64,000 nt of DNA from Actinomycetota bacterium (GCA_034188985.1 JAXHVT010000066.1:8064-72063); one strand, 5' to 3'; positions 18,934 to 29,410 are shown, numbered from the stretch's first letter. The notes: a model not told the origin generated them from the sequence alone. Numbers and translations: made by a program.

Positions 18934-20382
18934 TTGAGCGACGCGAAAAGAGTAGCCAAGAACATAGCCTTGATCGTAGGTGGCGGGACCTTCCGGGCGG
19001 TCCTCATGCCACTCTTCACCATCTTCATCGCCAGGCAGCTGGGAACCGAGGGCTTCGGCGCCTTCTCCTTTATCCTCTCGCTGGCCTCTATCCTGGTCAT
19101 AGTGGGGGAGATGGGCCTGCCCAAGATGGTGGTCAGGGAGCTCGCCAACCACCGCGAGGACGTGGCCAAGTATATCGGAGACCTCACCGTCCTGCGCCTG
19201 ATCATGGGTATAGCCAGCGTGGGGATCGTCTACATGATCCTGGTCCTCGGCTCCCGTTCGGCCGATACCCGCCTGCCCCTCTTCCTCATCGGCATCAGCC
19301 TCCTGATATTCACCGGGCTGAGGAGGTTTTTCGACTCCATCTTCCAGGCTTTCGAGGTCATGAAATACCAGGCACTGGTGGATATAGTGGATATATTGCT
19401 GACCTTCGGCGTGGGCACGGCCCTGCTTTTCACAGGCCACGGCCTCATGGGTATCGCCTTCGCCATGATGGTCGGGGCGACAGTCTCCATGGTCATCGAC
19501 TTCATGGTCCTCACGCGCAAGCTGGGCAAGCCGGTCTTCTCCTTCGACCTGGCGTTCTGGAAGAGGATGATCCTGGGCGCCCTGCCTTTCGGCGTCATCG
19601 GGCTTCTGACCTTCCTCTTCGGCTACTCCAATACCGTATTGCTGTCGCTGTTCAAGGGGGATTACGAGGCGGGGTTGTTCAGCTCGGCCTACCGGGTGAT
19701 ATGGATGCTGGCCATCATCCCCGCGACCTGCATGACCGCCGTGTTTCCCTTCCTGGCCAGGATCGGCAAGTCACCGGGCGGCAGGCACCGCGAGGCCATT
19801 CGCCTGGTGGTCAAATACCTGGCCTGCCTCAGCCTCCCCTTCTCGGGGCTGCTGGCGATCTACGCGCCCCATATAATCTCCGCCGTCTACGGAAAGGACT
19901 ACGTGTCCGCCAGCCCGGCCCTGTGGATACTCGCCGCCATCCCCCTCTTCAGCTTCGCCTATATACCGCTCATCGACCTCATGAACGCCCATTACAAGCA
20001 GCGCTTCAGCGTCATCGCCATCCTGCTGTGCGCGGCCATAAACACCGGGTTGTGCCTGCTGCTGGCCCCGCTGTTGGGGTTGATCGGCGCGGCCGTCAGC
20101 ACCCTGGTGGCCGAGGCGTGTCTCTTCGCCGTCACGCTGTTCTTCTCCTGGAAGCATATGCGCATCAGCCCGCGCATGTTCAACTTCTGGAAGCCGCTGG
20201 TGGCCTCCATCGCGGCGGCCCTGGCCTTCCTGCCGCTGCGGAATATACTGCCGCCGGCGGAGATGATCATAGCTTTCTTTCTCATCTACCTGGCGGCCCT
20301 GCTGGCCCTGCGCACCTTCGACGGCGAGGACAGGCGGCTGTTCCGTTCCCTGCTGCCCGCCCGCCTGAGGAGCGGGAGCTGA
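18934..20382 (+). CDS. polysaccharide biosynthesis protein / oligosaccharide flippase (MOP superfamily, Wzx-like)
   Basis: About 14 predicted TM helices, N-terminal RQLGTEGFGAFSF motif typical of Wzx-type flippases; TTG start. Confidence 0.75.
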   Translation: MSDAKRVAKNIALIVGGGTFRAVLMPLFTIFIARQLGTEGFGAFSFILSLASILVIVGEMGLPKMVVRELANHREDVAKYIGDLTVLRLIMGIASVGIVYMILVLGSRSADTRLPLFLIGISLLIFTGLRRFFDSIFQAFEVMKYQALVDIVDILLTFGVGTALLFTGHGLMGIAFAMMVGATVSMVIDFMVLTRKLGKPVFSFDLAFWKRMILGALPFGVIGLLTFLFGYSNTVLLSLFKGDYEAGLFSSAYRVIWMLAIIPATCMTAVFPFLARIGKSPGGRHREAIRLVVKYLACLSLPFSGLLAIYAPHIISAVYGKDYVSASPALWILAAIPLFSFAYIPLIDLMNAHYKQRFSVIAILLCAAINTGLCLLLAPLLGLIGAAVSTLVAEACLFAVTLFFSWKHMRISPRMFNFWKPLVASIAAALAFLPLRNILPPAEMIIAFFLIYLAALLALRTFDGEDRRLFRSLLPARLRSGS

Positions 20383-20409
20383 CGGCCCGGCCGCGGCGGG
20401 GTTCGTTCA

Positions 20410-21511
20410 TCAGGTGATGTTTCTGGGAGTGACCTGGACCTCGAGGTCCCCTTGCTCGGAGAGATTCCACTCCACGCCGGATTCCGTGTCGAAGGCCATC
20501 TCGAAATTCCCCTGAACCAGGCCGATGACGATGAAGTGGAGGCAGGCGTTGCGCAGGTGCAGGTACGCCCCCCTCCCGTCTATCTCGAAGTCGACCAGGT
20601 TGCCCAATCCCCTCAGGGCAAGCTGGGTTCGCAGATCCTCGTCGGCCTCCATGATATCAAGGGTGTAAAAGCCCGTCCTCACGAACCTGCGCTGCGCCTC
20701 CACCACCGCCCGGGGAATGGCATCGCCCAGCTCCCATTCCAGCGCCGTAAAGATGGGATCCGGCAATTCAGGCCCCAGAATGGTCATGCGCCTGCCTGTA
20801 TAAACCTGCTTTATGATCCCCTTTTCCAGGTCCCAATCATAGCTGGACAAAGCCTTGGGGCAGCCACAGGTAGGGCAGACCTCCAGCTCGATGTCCCCGT
20901 CTTCGTGGGCGTATTCCTGGAGCCGCAGGCGCTCCTTCAGCACCTCGGGGTACTCCGCCCAACTGGTGGTGAATTCGTACAGCCCGGGAGATAGCTGCTT
21001 GTAGGATACGTCATGCTCGCCCCCAACCATGGCCGATACGACGCCGGCGATGGCCCCGGCGGCCTCCGGTACGGAGAAGGGGGCCTGGATGCGAAAGGTC
21101 GAGTAATCGCCGGCGTCTCTCTCGTAGCGCAAGCCCACGAACTCGTATCTCCCGTAACCGATTGCATGGCAGTAGGTCAGTATGGTGTCCGCGAAGGCTC
21201 GCGGATCCATGCGCTTGGACCGGATCATGTCCTTGACCTCATCGGGGAATAATCTGTTCATGTAGATCTCGGTCCCCCCTGGCGGCTATGTTCATGACGA
21301 ACGGCTCGATGGGTACGCCAATGATCTCACCGATATTCGCGAATAGCGGGTCAAGGTTCTCGCATTCGATGAAGGCGATACGGGCACCGGGATTCACCCT
21401 CTGGACGATATCCCCGTTGTTCAGCCACATCTGTCCCTGCACGAAAGGCTCGGGGACTTCGTATTCCGGGCAGCGATCGATATCCAGCATCAAGAGTCCT
21501 TTCCAGTACAT
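20410..21511 (-). pseudogene. tandem XylR_N/V4R sensor-module protein (paralog of 37757-38851) split by a frameshift
   Basis: N-terminal part (21239-21511) and C-terminal part (20410-21261) are homologous to consecutive halves of the 364-aa protein but sit in different frames; the shift maps to a G6 run (plus strand cccccc at about 21274-21279). Confidence 0.6.
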
Positions 21512-21745
21512 GGTAACACCTGTTGCTCATGCTTTTTTCTGAGCTGAAACCACCAATTGCACCGGATCGGGCGCTCAAAGGCTTTACGAAATAGGATGAT
21601 GCACGCAGGGTTTGTGCCTCGTTTTCCCGTCGCGTGAAAGCCGGCGTTGTGATCATGGATTTTCTCGCCGCGGGGGGATATATTGATAGGACGCAGAAGG
21701 ACGCTGGATATGGTTTTTCACCTCAAGGAATTTGTTATAATAGCA

Positions 21746-21761
21746 GTTACCGTTGGGTAAC
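21746..21761. promoter_or_regulatory. perfect inverted repeat GTTACCgttgGGTAAC immediately downstream of a TATAAT (21736-21741); candidate operator/promoter of the thiolase gene
   Basis: Read directly. Confidence 0.4.
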
Positions 21762-21827
21762 TACTTTTATCGATGCAGTGAACACCTTAGCCGACAGGCC
21801 GGGACAGAAGAAAGCGAGGTAGAAGAC

Positions 21828-23009
21828 ATGGCAGAACTGAAAGAATGCGTTCTGGTTGACGGGGTAAGGACCCCCAACTGCAGAGCCCACGCCCAGAAGG
21901 GGTGGTTCCGCGCCAAGCGCCCGGACGAGCTCTTGACCTACGTCTACAAGGCCCTCTTCGAGCGCAACCCCCAGGTCAAACCCGAGGAGATCGAGGCGGT
22001 ATTCTGCGGGACCGCCAACCAGACCGGCATGCAGAACGACATCGCCCGGCTGGGGTGGCTGGCCTCGGGATTTCCGGAGAGCGTGGCCACCAACGGCGTG
22101 AACCAGCAGTGCCCGTCGGGCATGTCCTGCGTGGAGCACGCCGCCCGCGCCATCATGTGCGGGGAGGGCGATATCTACATCGCCTCCGGCGTGGAGGACA
22201 TGCAGAACGTGAGCATGGGTATGGGAATGGATTTCCCGCCCCGCATCGCCGAGTATTATAATATGGCGGAGTTTCCCATGGGGCAGACGGCCGAGAAGAT
22301 AGCCGAACAGTACAATGTCAGCCGCGAGGACTCCGAGCTCATGGCCCTCCACAGCCATTTGAAGGCGGCGGCGGCCCGCGACGCGGGAAAGTTCGATGGC
22401 GAGATAGTGCCCGTGCCGGGCCTGGACACCGATGGCAACGAGTTCATGGTGGACAAGGACCAGTGGATAAGGGACAACGCGAGCCTGGAGCAGATGGCCG
22501 GGATGCAGCCCGCCTTCCGGCCCGACGGAAAAGTCACCGCGGCTATCAGCTCGCCGCTGACCACCGGCGCCTGCGCCGCGCTGCTGGTGAGCAGGGACAA
22601 GGCGGACGAGCTGGGCATGTCCTACCACGTACGCTACGGTGGCGGTGCCATGGCCGGATGCGACCCCACCGTGATGGGTATAGGGCCCCTCTTCGCGGCC
22701 CGCAAGCTGCTGGAGAGGGAGGGTCTGACCGTGGACGACATCGACATCTGGGAGCTCAACGAGGCCTTCGGCACCCAGTCCCTGGCCGTCATCCGCGAGC
22801 TGGGCATCGGCGAGAACGCCCCCTTCGACAACATCAACATCTGGGGCGGTGCCCTGGCGCTGGGCCACCCCCTGGGCGAGTCGGGGGCTCGCATAGTCAT
22901 CACCCTCAACAACATCATGAAGAAGGACCTGCCCGACGCCAAGCGCGGCGTGGCCATGCTGTGCGGCGGCTTCGGAAACGCCAACGCCACCTTGTGGGAG
23001 AAGGTATAG
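21828..23009 (+). CDS. acetyl-CoA C-acyltransferase (thiolase II, FadA-like)
   Basis: Thiolase motifs (NQQCPSGM active-site Cys region, C-terminal GHPLGESGARIV...CGGFGNANA); ends TAG. Confidence 0.85.
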   Translation: MAELKECVLVDGVRTPNCRAHAQKGWFRAKRPDELLTYVYKALFERNPQVKPEEIEAVFCGTANQTGMQNDIARLGWLASGFPESVATNGVNQQCPSGMSCVEHAARAIMCGEGDIYIASGVEDMQNVSMGMGMDFPPRIAEYYNMAEFPMGQTAEKIAEQYNVSREDSELMALHSHLKAAAARDAGKFDGEIVPVPGLDTDGNEFMVDKDQWIRDNASLEQMAGMQPAFRPDGKVTAAISSPLTTGACAALLVSRDKADELGMSYHVRYGGGAMAGCDPTVMGIGPLFAARKLLEREGLTVDDIDIWELNEAFGTQSLAVIRELGIGENAPFDNINIWGGALALGHPLGESGARIVITLNNIMKKDLPDAKRGVAMLCGGFGNANATLWEKV

Positions 23010-23036
23010 AAGCGGCGGGTTAAACCGGTTTGCAGA

Positions 23037-23062
23037 CAGGGGCGCGGTTCGCCGCGCCCCTG
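23037..23062 (+). terminator. Rho-independent terminator (CAGGGGCGCGG-ttcg-CCGCGCCCCTG followed by T-rich tract)
   Basis: Perfect 11-bp GC stem read directly, 25 nt after the thiolase stop. Confidence 0.6.
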
Positions 23063-23345
23063 TTCCGTTCCCGTTTGCTCGAAAGCGCTACTCGATGGCT
23101 TTGACGATCGTTACCCGTTCCAGCCCGGTTTTCGTGACTACGCGGTATTCGGTCGCCCCCGGCCTTACCGCCGGGATAGGCCGCGGCGATTCCACGCGAC
23201 CGCTCGGGCGCACGACGCTTTACGAAGCAGCGGGATGATGAATACCGGCGGAGTCCAACCGCGGTTGACGCGTTCTCGAGTCACCGCGGTGACGGTCCGA
23301 AAAGTAAGGAAACGTTAGACGGGAAGAGCGAACAGGAGAATACAC

Positions 23346-23837
23346 TTGAGCACGGGCTTGATTATCTTCCTCGCCGTGGTGCTTGGCGCGGCGGTTCTGG
23401 TGTTGAACGCCACCCTCATCCTGCGCTGGCTGAGGCGGTTGAGGAGGGAGGCCATAGCCGGCCTGCGCGAGGACGTGGGATCGCAGAGAGTCTACCAGGT
23501 GGACGACTGTAATTTCTTCGGCGTGGAATCGGCGGGTTACGGCCAGGCGAGGGGAAACGGCGTCATGGCCCTGGCGCAAAGAGGCATATACTTCCGCATG
23601 CTCATACCCCGTAAACATCTCTTTATCCCCCTGGCATCGGTACGGGAGATCTCCCATCCCCGCTGGTTCAAGGGAAGATCCAAGGCCAGGGAGCTGCTGC
23701 GCGTAGATTTCACCGGTCAGGCGGGCGAGAGGGACGCCGCGGCCTGGCTGGTCCCCCACCGTGAATGGTGGAAGGAGGCCATCCTGTCCCTGCGAGAAGG
23801 GCGGGAGCCCTCACCCAGCCCCCCAAGACGCCGCTAG
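23346..23837 (+). CDS. hypothetical membrane-anchored protein (N-terminal TM helix, PH-like C-terminal region)
   Basis: Hydrophobic N-terminus LIIFLAVVLGAAVLVL; no recognisable catalytic motifs; TTG start. Confidence 0.4.
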   Translation: MSTGLIIFLAVVLGAAVLVLNATLILRWLRRLRREAIAGLREDVGSQRVYQVDDCNFFGVESAGYGQARGNGVMALAQRGIYFRMLIPRKHLFIPLASVREISHPRWFKGRSKARELLRVDFTGQAGERDAAAWLVPHREWWKEAILSLREGREPSPSPPRRR

Positions 23838-24164
23838 CTGGAAGAGCGCCGTATTCCCATCCAGGGCCGGGCCGGCCGCGAGTTTGCACTGCCAGTGTAT
23901 CTCTGGCTTCTTACGAGTTGTATAATGCGGGCGATCGTTGGGTTGCGGGTGCTTTCGCATTACGGGTGATGGCGCCGGTGTCCGCGTGCGGACGGACTCA
24001 TGCGTATATGGAAAAACCGGTTGGTGGGGCCGCGACAGTTCGGGTTATTTGAGGTGCGAATCCCGGTGCACGAGCCGGGCATGCTTCGATACGGCATTTG
24101 CAAATCGTTTCCATTGGGTTCTATATGAATAGGGCGGCGGAATGCGCAAGAGAGGGCTTGCTTT

Positions 24165-24863
24165 ATGGAGAGGATACTGATAATCGAGGACGAGAGACCC
24201 ATGGCCGAGGCCATAGAGTTCAGCCTCAAGAAGGAAGGATACGGCGTGGACATAGCCCTGGACGGCGATGCCGGATGGGAGATGTGCGGCAGCGGGTCCT
24301 ACGACCTCATCCTTCTGGACCTCATGTTGCCCGGTATAGACGGGATGGAGATATGCCGCAGGTTGAGGCGGGATCGATCTACCCCGGTGATCATCCTCAC
24401 AGCCAAGGATGCCGACGTGGATAAGATCCTCGGGCTGGAGATGGGCGCCGACGATTATATAACCAAGCCCTTCAACATGCGCGAGCTGCTGGCGCGGGTG
24501 AGGGCGGTGATGAGGAGGGCACGGGTCGAGAAACCGGAGGCGGCCGGGAAGCGCCTGCAGGAGGGGAACATCATAATGGACGGGGAGAGGCACGAGGTCA
24601 TCGTAAACGGCGAAGTGGTGGAGATGCCGCTTATGGAGTACCGCCTGTTGGAGGCCTTCATGGCGAATCCGGGCAAGGCGCTTCCCCGCGAGTATCTCAT
24701 CGGCAAGGCCTGGGGCGGAGATTTCTACGGCCAGACCAAGACCCTGGACGTCCATATCCGCCGCCTGAGAGAGAAGGTGGAGGGGGATCCCGCCAGGCCC
24801 GAACGCATCATAACCGTGCGGGGCGTCGGCTACCGTTTCGAGGCAGGCGAACGGCCTAAATGA
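24165..24863 (+). CDS. phoP: OmpR/PhoB-family response regulator (PhoP/PhoB-like)
   Basis: Receiver domain (DD...D...K) plus winged-helix C-terminus; immediately upstream of a PhoR-like kinase and the pst operon. Confidence 0.8.
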   Translation: MERILIIEDERPMAEAIEFSLKKEGYGVDIALDGDAGWEMCGSGSYDLILLDLMLPGIDGMEICRRLRRDRSTPVIILTAKDADVDKILGLEMGADDYITKPFNMRELLARVRAVMRRARVEKPEAAGKRLQEGNIIMDGERHEVIVNGEVVEMPLMEYRLLEAFMANPGKALPREYLIGKAWGGDFYGQTKTLDVHIRRLREKVEGDPARPERIITVRGVGYRFEAGERPK

Positions 24864-26623
24864 AAGACCTGAAGCGGATACTGATCCTCAGGTATACTCT
24901 GCTTATCGCCGTCGTTCTGGCGGCGACTTCGCTGCTGGTGATCATACCGCTGCGTTCCTTTACCGTTTCCCGGGAAAAGGAGAGCCTGGAGGAGCAGGCC
25001 CGGGTCTTCTCCGGGGAGGTGGAGCGGTTATTCGAGGACCCTTCGTCTCCCCCGGATGTGGATCTCTATCTGGAAACGGTAGCTGGCGATCTGTCCACCC
25101 GGCTGACGGTCGTGAACCTCGAGGGCGTGGTTCAGGGCGACTCCGAGGCGGATGCGGCCGAGATGGAGAATCACGCCGGCAGGCCTGAGATAGTCGGGGC
25201 CCTGGCCGGCCGGGTCACTTCCTCGACCCGGGAATCACGTACCATCGGCAAGAGCTACATCTATGCCGCCGCTCCTGTTATCGTCGATGGTGAGATAGTC
25301 GGGGCGGCCCGCGTTTCCATGCCGGAGGAGAACGTGATGCCGGTGGTCCTGGATATCTGGTGGATTTTCCTGGGCGCTTTCGGCGTGCTTCTGCTGGTCG
25401 TGGTGGCGGTAAGTATCTGGACCGAGAGGACCATCGTGGGCGGCCTGCGAGGCATGAGCGAGGCCGCTGCCGGCCTGGCCTCCGGCGATCTGACGCGCAG
25501 GGTCGCCGAACCCGATATAGTGGATTTCTCCAAGCTGGCCCGGGATTTCAACCTCATGGCCGACCGGATCAGGGACACGGTCGAGGAGACGGCGGCGGAG
25601 AGGGGAAAGTTGCAGGCTGTTCTCAACAATGTCTCCGCCGGGGTGATGGTGACCGATTCCGACAGCCGTATAATCATGCTCAACCCGGCGGCGGAGGAGA
25701 TCCTGGGGGTGGAACAGGACGAGGCGGTGGACAAACGCGTCATCGAGATCTTCTCGAGCAGGGAGCTGGACGTCACCGTATCGCGCGCCGTCGCGGGAGA
25801 GCAGATGGACGAGGAGATAGAGCTGCTCTATCCGCAGAAGAGAGTGCTGCACGTCAAATCGAATCCGGTTACCGACTCCAGCGATAGGGTTGTGGCAACG
25901 GTCAGCGCCATCGAGGACATCACCGCCCTCAAGCGTATCAACCAGATCCGCCAGGATTTCGTGGCCAACGTGTCCCACGAGCTTCGGACCCCGGTAGCCT
26001 CGATAAAGGCGCTGACCGATTCGCTAGTGGCCGGCGCGTGGGACCAGAGGGAGACGGCGGAGCGTTTCCTGCGGGATATGGATCACGAGGCCGGCCGGCT
26101 CTCCCAGTTGATAGAGGACCTGCTGACCTTGAGCAAGCTGGAGGCCGAGGAGGCCGAACTGAAGCTGGAGGATGTCGATATCCGGGCGCTTATCGTGCAA
26201 TGCCTGGAGGCCAAGCGCAATCTGGCCGACGAATACGGAGTCTCGACCGAGGTGGCGGATGCCGGGCCGAAAGGAGATGTACGTGGCGATCAACGCCTGT
26301 TGAGAACCGCGCTGAGCAACCTGGTCGACAACGCTATCAAGTATAACCGTCCCGGGGGGAAGGTCGGGATCGAAATCCGGGACGACGGCCCCTATTTCGT
26401 CATGGAGGTAGAGGATAGCGGGATAGGTATACCCCGCGAGGAAATGCCGCGTATATTCGAGAGGTTCTACCGCCTGGACAAGGCCCGCTCGCGCGAGACG
26501 GGTGGAACCGGCCTGGGCCTTTCCATAGTGAAGCACATCGCTGAACTTCACCGGGGCGATATAAGCGTCAAGAGCGTGGAGGGAGAGGGTTCTACCTTCA
26601 CTCTCAGAATACCACGACGCTGA
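24860..26623 (+). CDS. phoR: sensor histidine kinase (PhoR-like; TM, HAMP, PAS, HisKA, HATPase_c)
   Basis: H-box SHELRTP, N-box NLVDNAIKY, G-boxes; ATGA overlap with the regulator gene. Confidence 0.85.
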   Translation: MKDLKRILILRYTLLIAVVLAATSLLVIIPLRSFTVSREKESLEEQARVFSGEVERLFEDPSSPPDVDLYLETVAGDLSTRLTVVNLEGVVQGDSEADAAEMENHAGRPEIVGALAGRVTSSTRESRTIGKSYIYAAAPVIVDGEIVGAARVSMPEENVMPVVLDIWWIFLGAFGVLLLVVVAVSIWTERTIVGGLRGMSEAAAGLASGDLTRRVAEPDIVDFSKLARDFNLMADRIRDTVEETAAERGKLQAVLNNVSAGVMVTDSDSRIIMLNPAAEEILGVEQDEAVDKRVIEIFSSRELDVTVSRAVAGEQMDEEIELLYPQKRVLHVKSNPVTDSSDRVVATVSAIEDITALKRINQIRQDFVANVSHELRTPVASIKALTDSLVAGAWDQRETAERFLRDMDHEAGRLSQLIEDLLTLSKLEAEEAELKLEDVDIRALIVQCLEAKRNLADEYGVSTEVADAGPKGDVRGDQRLLRTALSNLVDNAIKYNRPGGKVGIEIRDDGPYFVMEVEDSGIGIPREEMPRIFERFYRLDKARSRETGGTGLGLSIVKHIAELHRGDISVKSVEGEGSTFTLRIPRR

Positions 26624-26637
26624 AAACTCGAGCAGCG

Positions 26638-26665
26638 TTAACCGGAAATTAACCGTTTCTTAAGG
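26638..26665. promoter_or_regulatory. Pho-box-like direct repeats TTAACC-ggaaa-TTAACC-gtttc-TTAAGG (11-bp phasing)
   Basis: Read directly; OmpR/PhoB-family regulators bind direct hexamer repeats with 11-bp periodicity. Confidence 0.5.
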
Positions 26666-26778
26666 CACATTTTTCCCGCGGTAAACCCTTTCTTAATTCC
26701 CATATCGTGTAATGAAATCGATAGTATGATGCGGTTCCCAGCGGAGCCGCCGATTAAACGGGAAAGGAGGTAAGAGAT

Positions 26779-27255
26779 ATGAAAGTAGAGGCCATACCGG
26801 TTAGAGAGCTGGTGGAGGAGTGTCTCCGCGTCAAGGGTTCCCTGGCGGAGAGGAGCGGGATAAGTCTCGAGGCAAGTATCGAGGACCCGCGGGCCTTTCT
26901 GCACGGCGACCGCCGCCTGCTGATGACCGCCGTCAACAACCTCATCGATAACGCCATGAGGAACAACCGTTCGGGCGGAAAGATCAGCATAGCCTACCGT
27001 CACGACGGCACCAGGGAGTCCATCATGGTATCCGATACCGGCAAGGGTATACCTTACGACGAGCTGCGCTCCATAAAGGATATGTTCTGCTGGTCCGGAA
27101 AGCGTTCAATCGATGAGCTCGAGTCCGTTGAAGACGAGCTGATCGGGCTCTCAATCGTGAGGGATGTAGCCGACCTGCACGGCGGACGGGTTGGTGTACG
27201 CAGCCTGGAGGGAGAGGGCTCCACCTTCAGCTTCCATCTGCCGCGCCGCGGATAA
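26779..27255 (+). CDS. stand-alone HATPase_c domain protein; partial paralog of the C-terminus of the adjacent PhoR-like kinase, lacking the His-phosphotransfer domain
   Basis: Aligns to the last ~150 aa of 24860-26623 (N-box LIDNAMRN, G-boxes, ...GEGSTFSFHLPRRG vs ...GEGSTFTLRIPRR); no H-box. Confidence 0.6.
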   Translation: MKVEAIPVRELVEECLRVKGSLAERSGISLEASIEDPRAFLHGDRRLLMTAVNNLIDNAMRNNRSGGKISIAYRHDGTRESIMVSDTGKGIPYDELRSIKDMFCWSGKRSIDELESVEDELIGLSIVRDVADLHGGRVGVRSLEGEGSTFSFHLPRRG

Positions 27256-27264
27256 CCCGCGGCG

Positions 27265-27292
27265 TTAACCTCGATTTAACCTTTCTTTAATC
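27265..27292. promoter_or_regulatory. Pho-box-like direct repeats TTAACC-tcgat-TTAACC-tttct-TTAATC upstream of pstS
   Basis: Read directly; same hexamer and phasing as 26638-26665. Confidence 0.5.
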
Positions 27293-27444
27293 AAGATTTT
27301 GATCCCGGGAAACCTGTAATTCACCGCGGGGTGCTTGAATATGCGTGGGTGAGGAATATGAAAAAAATGCAGCACGAATCTTACGGCAGCTTGGGAAAGA
27401 GATCTCGCGGCTTGGGCGGAAAAGGGGCGTACTTAGAATCCGGG

Positions 27445-27482
27445 TTCAACAAGAATTTACCTTCCTTAAACCCGTTTTTAAC
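27445..27482. promoter_or_regulatory. second Pho-box-like array (TTCAAC/TTTACC/TTAAAC/TTTAAC at 10-11-bp phasing), about 125-160 nt upstream of pstS
   Basis: Read directly. Confidence 0.45.
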
Positions 27483-27607
27483 GCGGGGATGCTTGAATGT
27501 TCGAGAGCCCGGTAAGCGGCTGTCGGCGCCTGGCAGCGGGAACGGCGCTTTTTAAATAGATCGGGTTAGATAAAAAGAGAAAGAGAGTCAGTAAGAAGGA
27601 GGAGAGA

Positions 27608-28525
27608 ATGAGCGTAAAGAGAATGAGCTGGATTTTCGTGGTCTCCCTGGCGGTTGCCCTTCTCTTAGTTTTTGCGGCCGCGGGATGCGGGGACAGCGAC
27701 GAGAGCACGGACGATACGACCACCGGGGATACCGGGTCCACCTTGAGCGGCGAGTTAACCCTTTCCGGTTCGACCACCGTGCTGCCCATCGCCCAGGAGG
27801 CGGCGGACATGTTCATGGAGGAAAACCCCGACGTGACCGTCACCGTGCAGGGCGGCGGCTCCAGCGTGGGCATCTCCAACGTGGCCGAGGGCGTAGTCGA
27901 TATCGGCGACGCCTCCCGCGGCCTCAAGGAAGACGAGGGGGATCTGGGCCTGGTGGATCACGAGATCGCCCTGGATGTCATCACCATCATCGTCAACCCC
28001 GACGTGCCCGTGAACGATCTCACCGTCGATCGGGCCAAGGGCATCTTCACCGGCGAGATCACCAACTGGAGCGAGGTGGGAGGACCGGACGCCGGCATCA
28101 CCGTGGTCATCCGCGACGAGGCCTCCGGCACCAGGGAGATCTTCGACGGCAAGGTACTGGGCAAGGACGTCATGCCGGTGCAGGGCGCCATCGAGACCAA
28201 CTCCAACGGCATCATGAGGCAGACCGTCAGCTCCACGCCCAACTCTATCGGCTACATCTCGCTGGGGTACCTGGACAGCTCTGTGACCCCGGTCAAATAC
28301 GAGGGAGTGGAGGCATCTGCGGATAACGCGGTCTCCGGAGATTACCCGCTCTCCCGCTACCTGCACATGTTCACCAAGGGGACGGCCACCGGCCTGGCCG
28401 AGGAGTTCATCGATTTCATCCTCTCCGATGACTTCCAGGACGAGGTGGTGTCCACCGAGTACATCCCCATGACCGAGACTAGTATCCACGGCAGTCGTGT
28501 AGGCGGAAGCAGCGATAGAGGCTGA
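27608..28525 (+). CDS. pstS: phosphate ABC transporter substrate-binding lipoprotein PstS
   Basis: Signal peptide with lipobox (AAAGC), PstS/PBP-2 family conservation. Confidence 0.85.
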   Translation: MSVKRMSWIFVVSLAVALLLVFAAAGCGDSDESTDDTTTGDTGSTLSGELTLSGSTTVLPIAQEAADMFMEENPDVTVTVQGGGSSVGISNVAEGVVDIGDASRGLKEDEGDLGLVDHEIALDVITIIVNPDVPVNDLTVDRAKGIFTGEITNWSEVGGPDAGITVVIRDEASGTREIFDGKVLGKDVMPVQGAIETNSNGIMRQTVSSTPNSIGYISLGYLDSSVTPVKYEGVEASADNAVSGDYPLSRYLHMFTKGTATGLAEEFIDFILSDDFQDEVVSTEYIPMTETSIHGSRVGGSSDRG

Positions 28526-28546
28526 AGACGAGACGGGAGGCCGGCC

Positions 28547-29410
28547 TTGCAGGGTGCTATAGGCAGGGAATGGATAGTCAAGAAGGTGCTCTTCGTGCTG
28601 GCCATGATGACGGTGCTGGGCATAGTTCTCATCATCTTCTTCGTGGCCAAGGAGTCAGTCCCCGCCCTCACCGATGTCGGCCTCGGAAATCTCTTCAGCT
28701 CGACCTGGCAACCCAAGACTGGCCAGTACGGAATACTGGTCTTCATAACGGGTACATTAGCGACCACCGCCGGGGGGCTGATCCTGGGAGCCCCCCTAGC
28801 CATCGGCTCGGCTATATTCCTCACCCAAATGGCCCCCCGGCGGGCTCGGTCCATCGTCACCAGGGGAGTGGAGCTCCTGGCTGGCGTTCCATCCATCGTA
28901 CTGGGATGGCTGGGCTTCACGGTCATGGTGCCCTGGATAAGGGATCTCACCAACAGCCCCGGCACGGGCGTACTGGCCGCCTCCATCCTCCTGGGCATCA
29001 TGATCATACCCACCATCACCACCATAGCGATAGACGCCCTGGAGGCGGTGCCCAAGTCGCATCAGGAGGCCTCGCTGGCCATGGGCGCCACCAGGTGGCA
29101 GACAATCCGGCGCGTGCAGGTCCCGGCGGCCAAGTCCGGCCTGCTGGTTGCCATAATCCTGGGCATGGGAAGGGCCATAGGTGAGACCATGGCCGTGGCC
29201 CTGGTGATAGGCCCCGCCTCGAGCTTTCCCTCCTCCCTGACCTCGCCCACCCATACCCTGACCACCAAGATATTGATCGAGATGGGCGAGTCCACCGGGG
29301 TACAGCGCTCGGCCCTCTTCGTGATGGGGCTGGTGCTGCTGCTTATCGCCATGGCGCTCATCATCACCATAAGGCTGGTATCCCGGGAGAGAAAGGTCGC
29401 CGCCCGATGA
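28547..29410 (+). CDS. pstC: phosphate ABC transporter permease PstC
   Basis: Six-TM permease with EAA-like loop, PstC family. Confidence 0.85.
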   Translation: MQGAIGREWIVKKVLFVLAMMTVLGIVLIIFFVAKESVPALTDVGLGNLFSSTWQPKTGQYGILVFITGTLATTAGGLILGAPLAIGSAIFLTQMAPRRARSIVTRGVELLAGVPSIVLGWLGFTVMVPWIRDLTNSPGTGVLAASILLGIMIIPTITTIAIDALEAVPKSHQEASLAMGATRWQTIRRVQVPAAKSGLLVAIILGMGRAIGETMAVALVIGPASSFPSSLTSPTHTLTTKILIEMGESTGVQRSALFVMGLVLLLIAMALIITIRLVSRERKVAAR

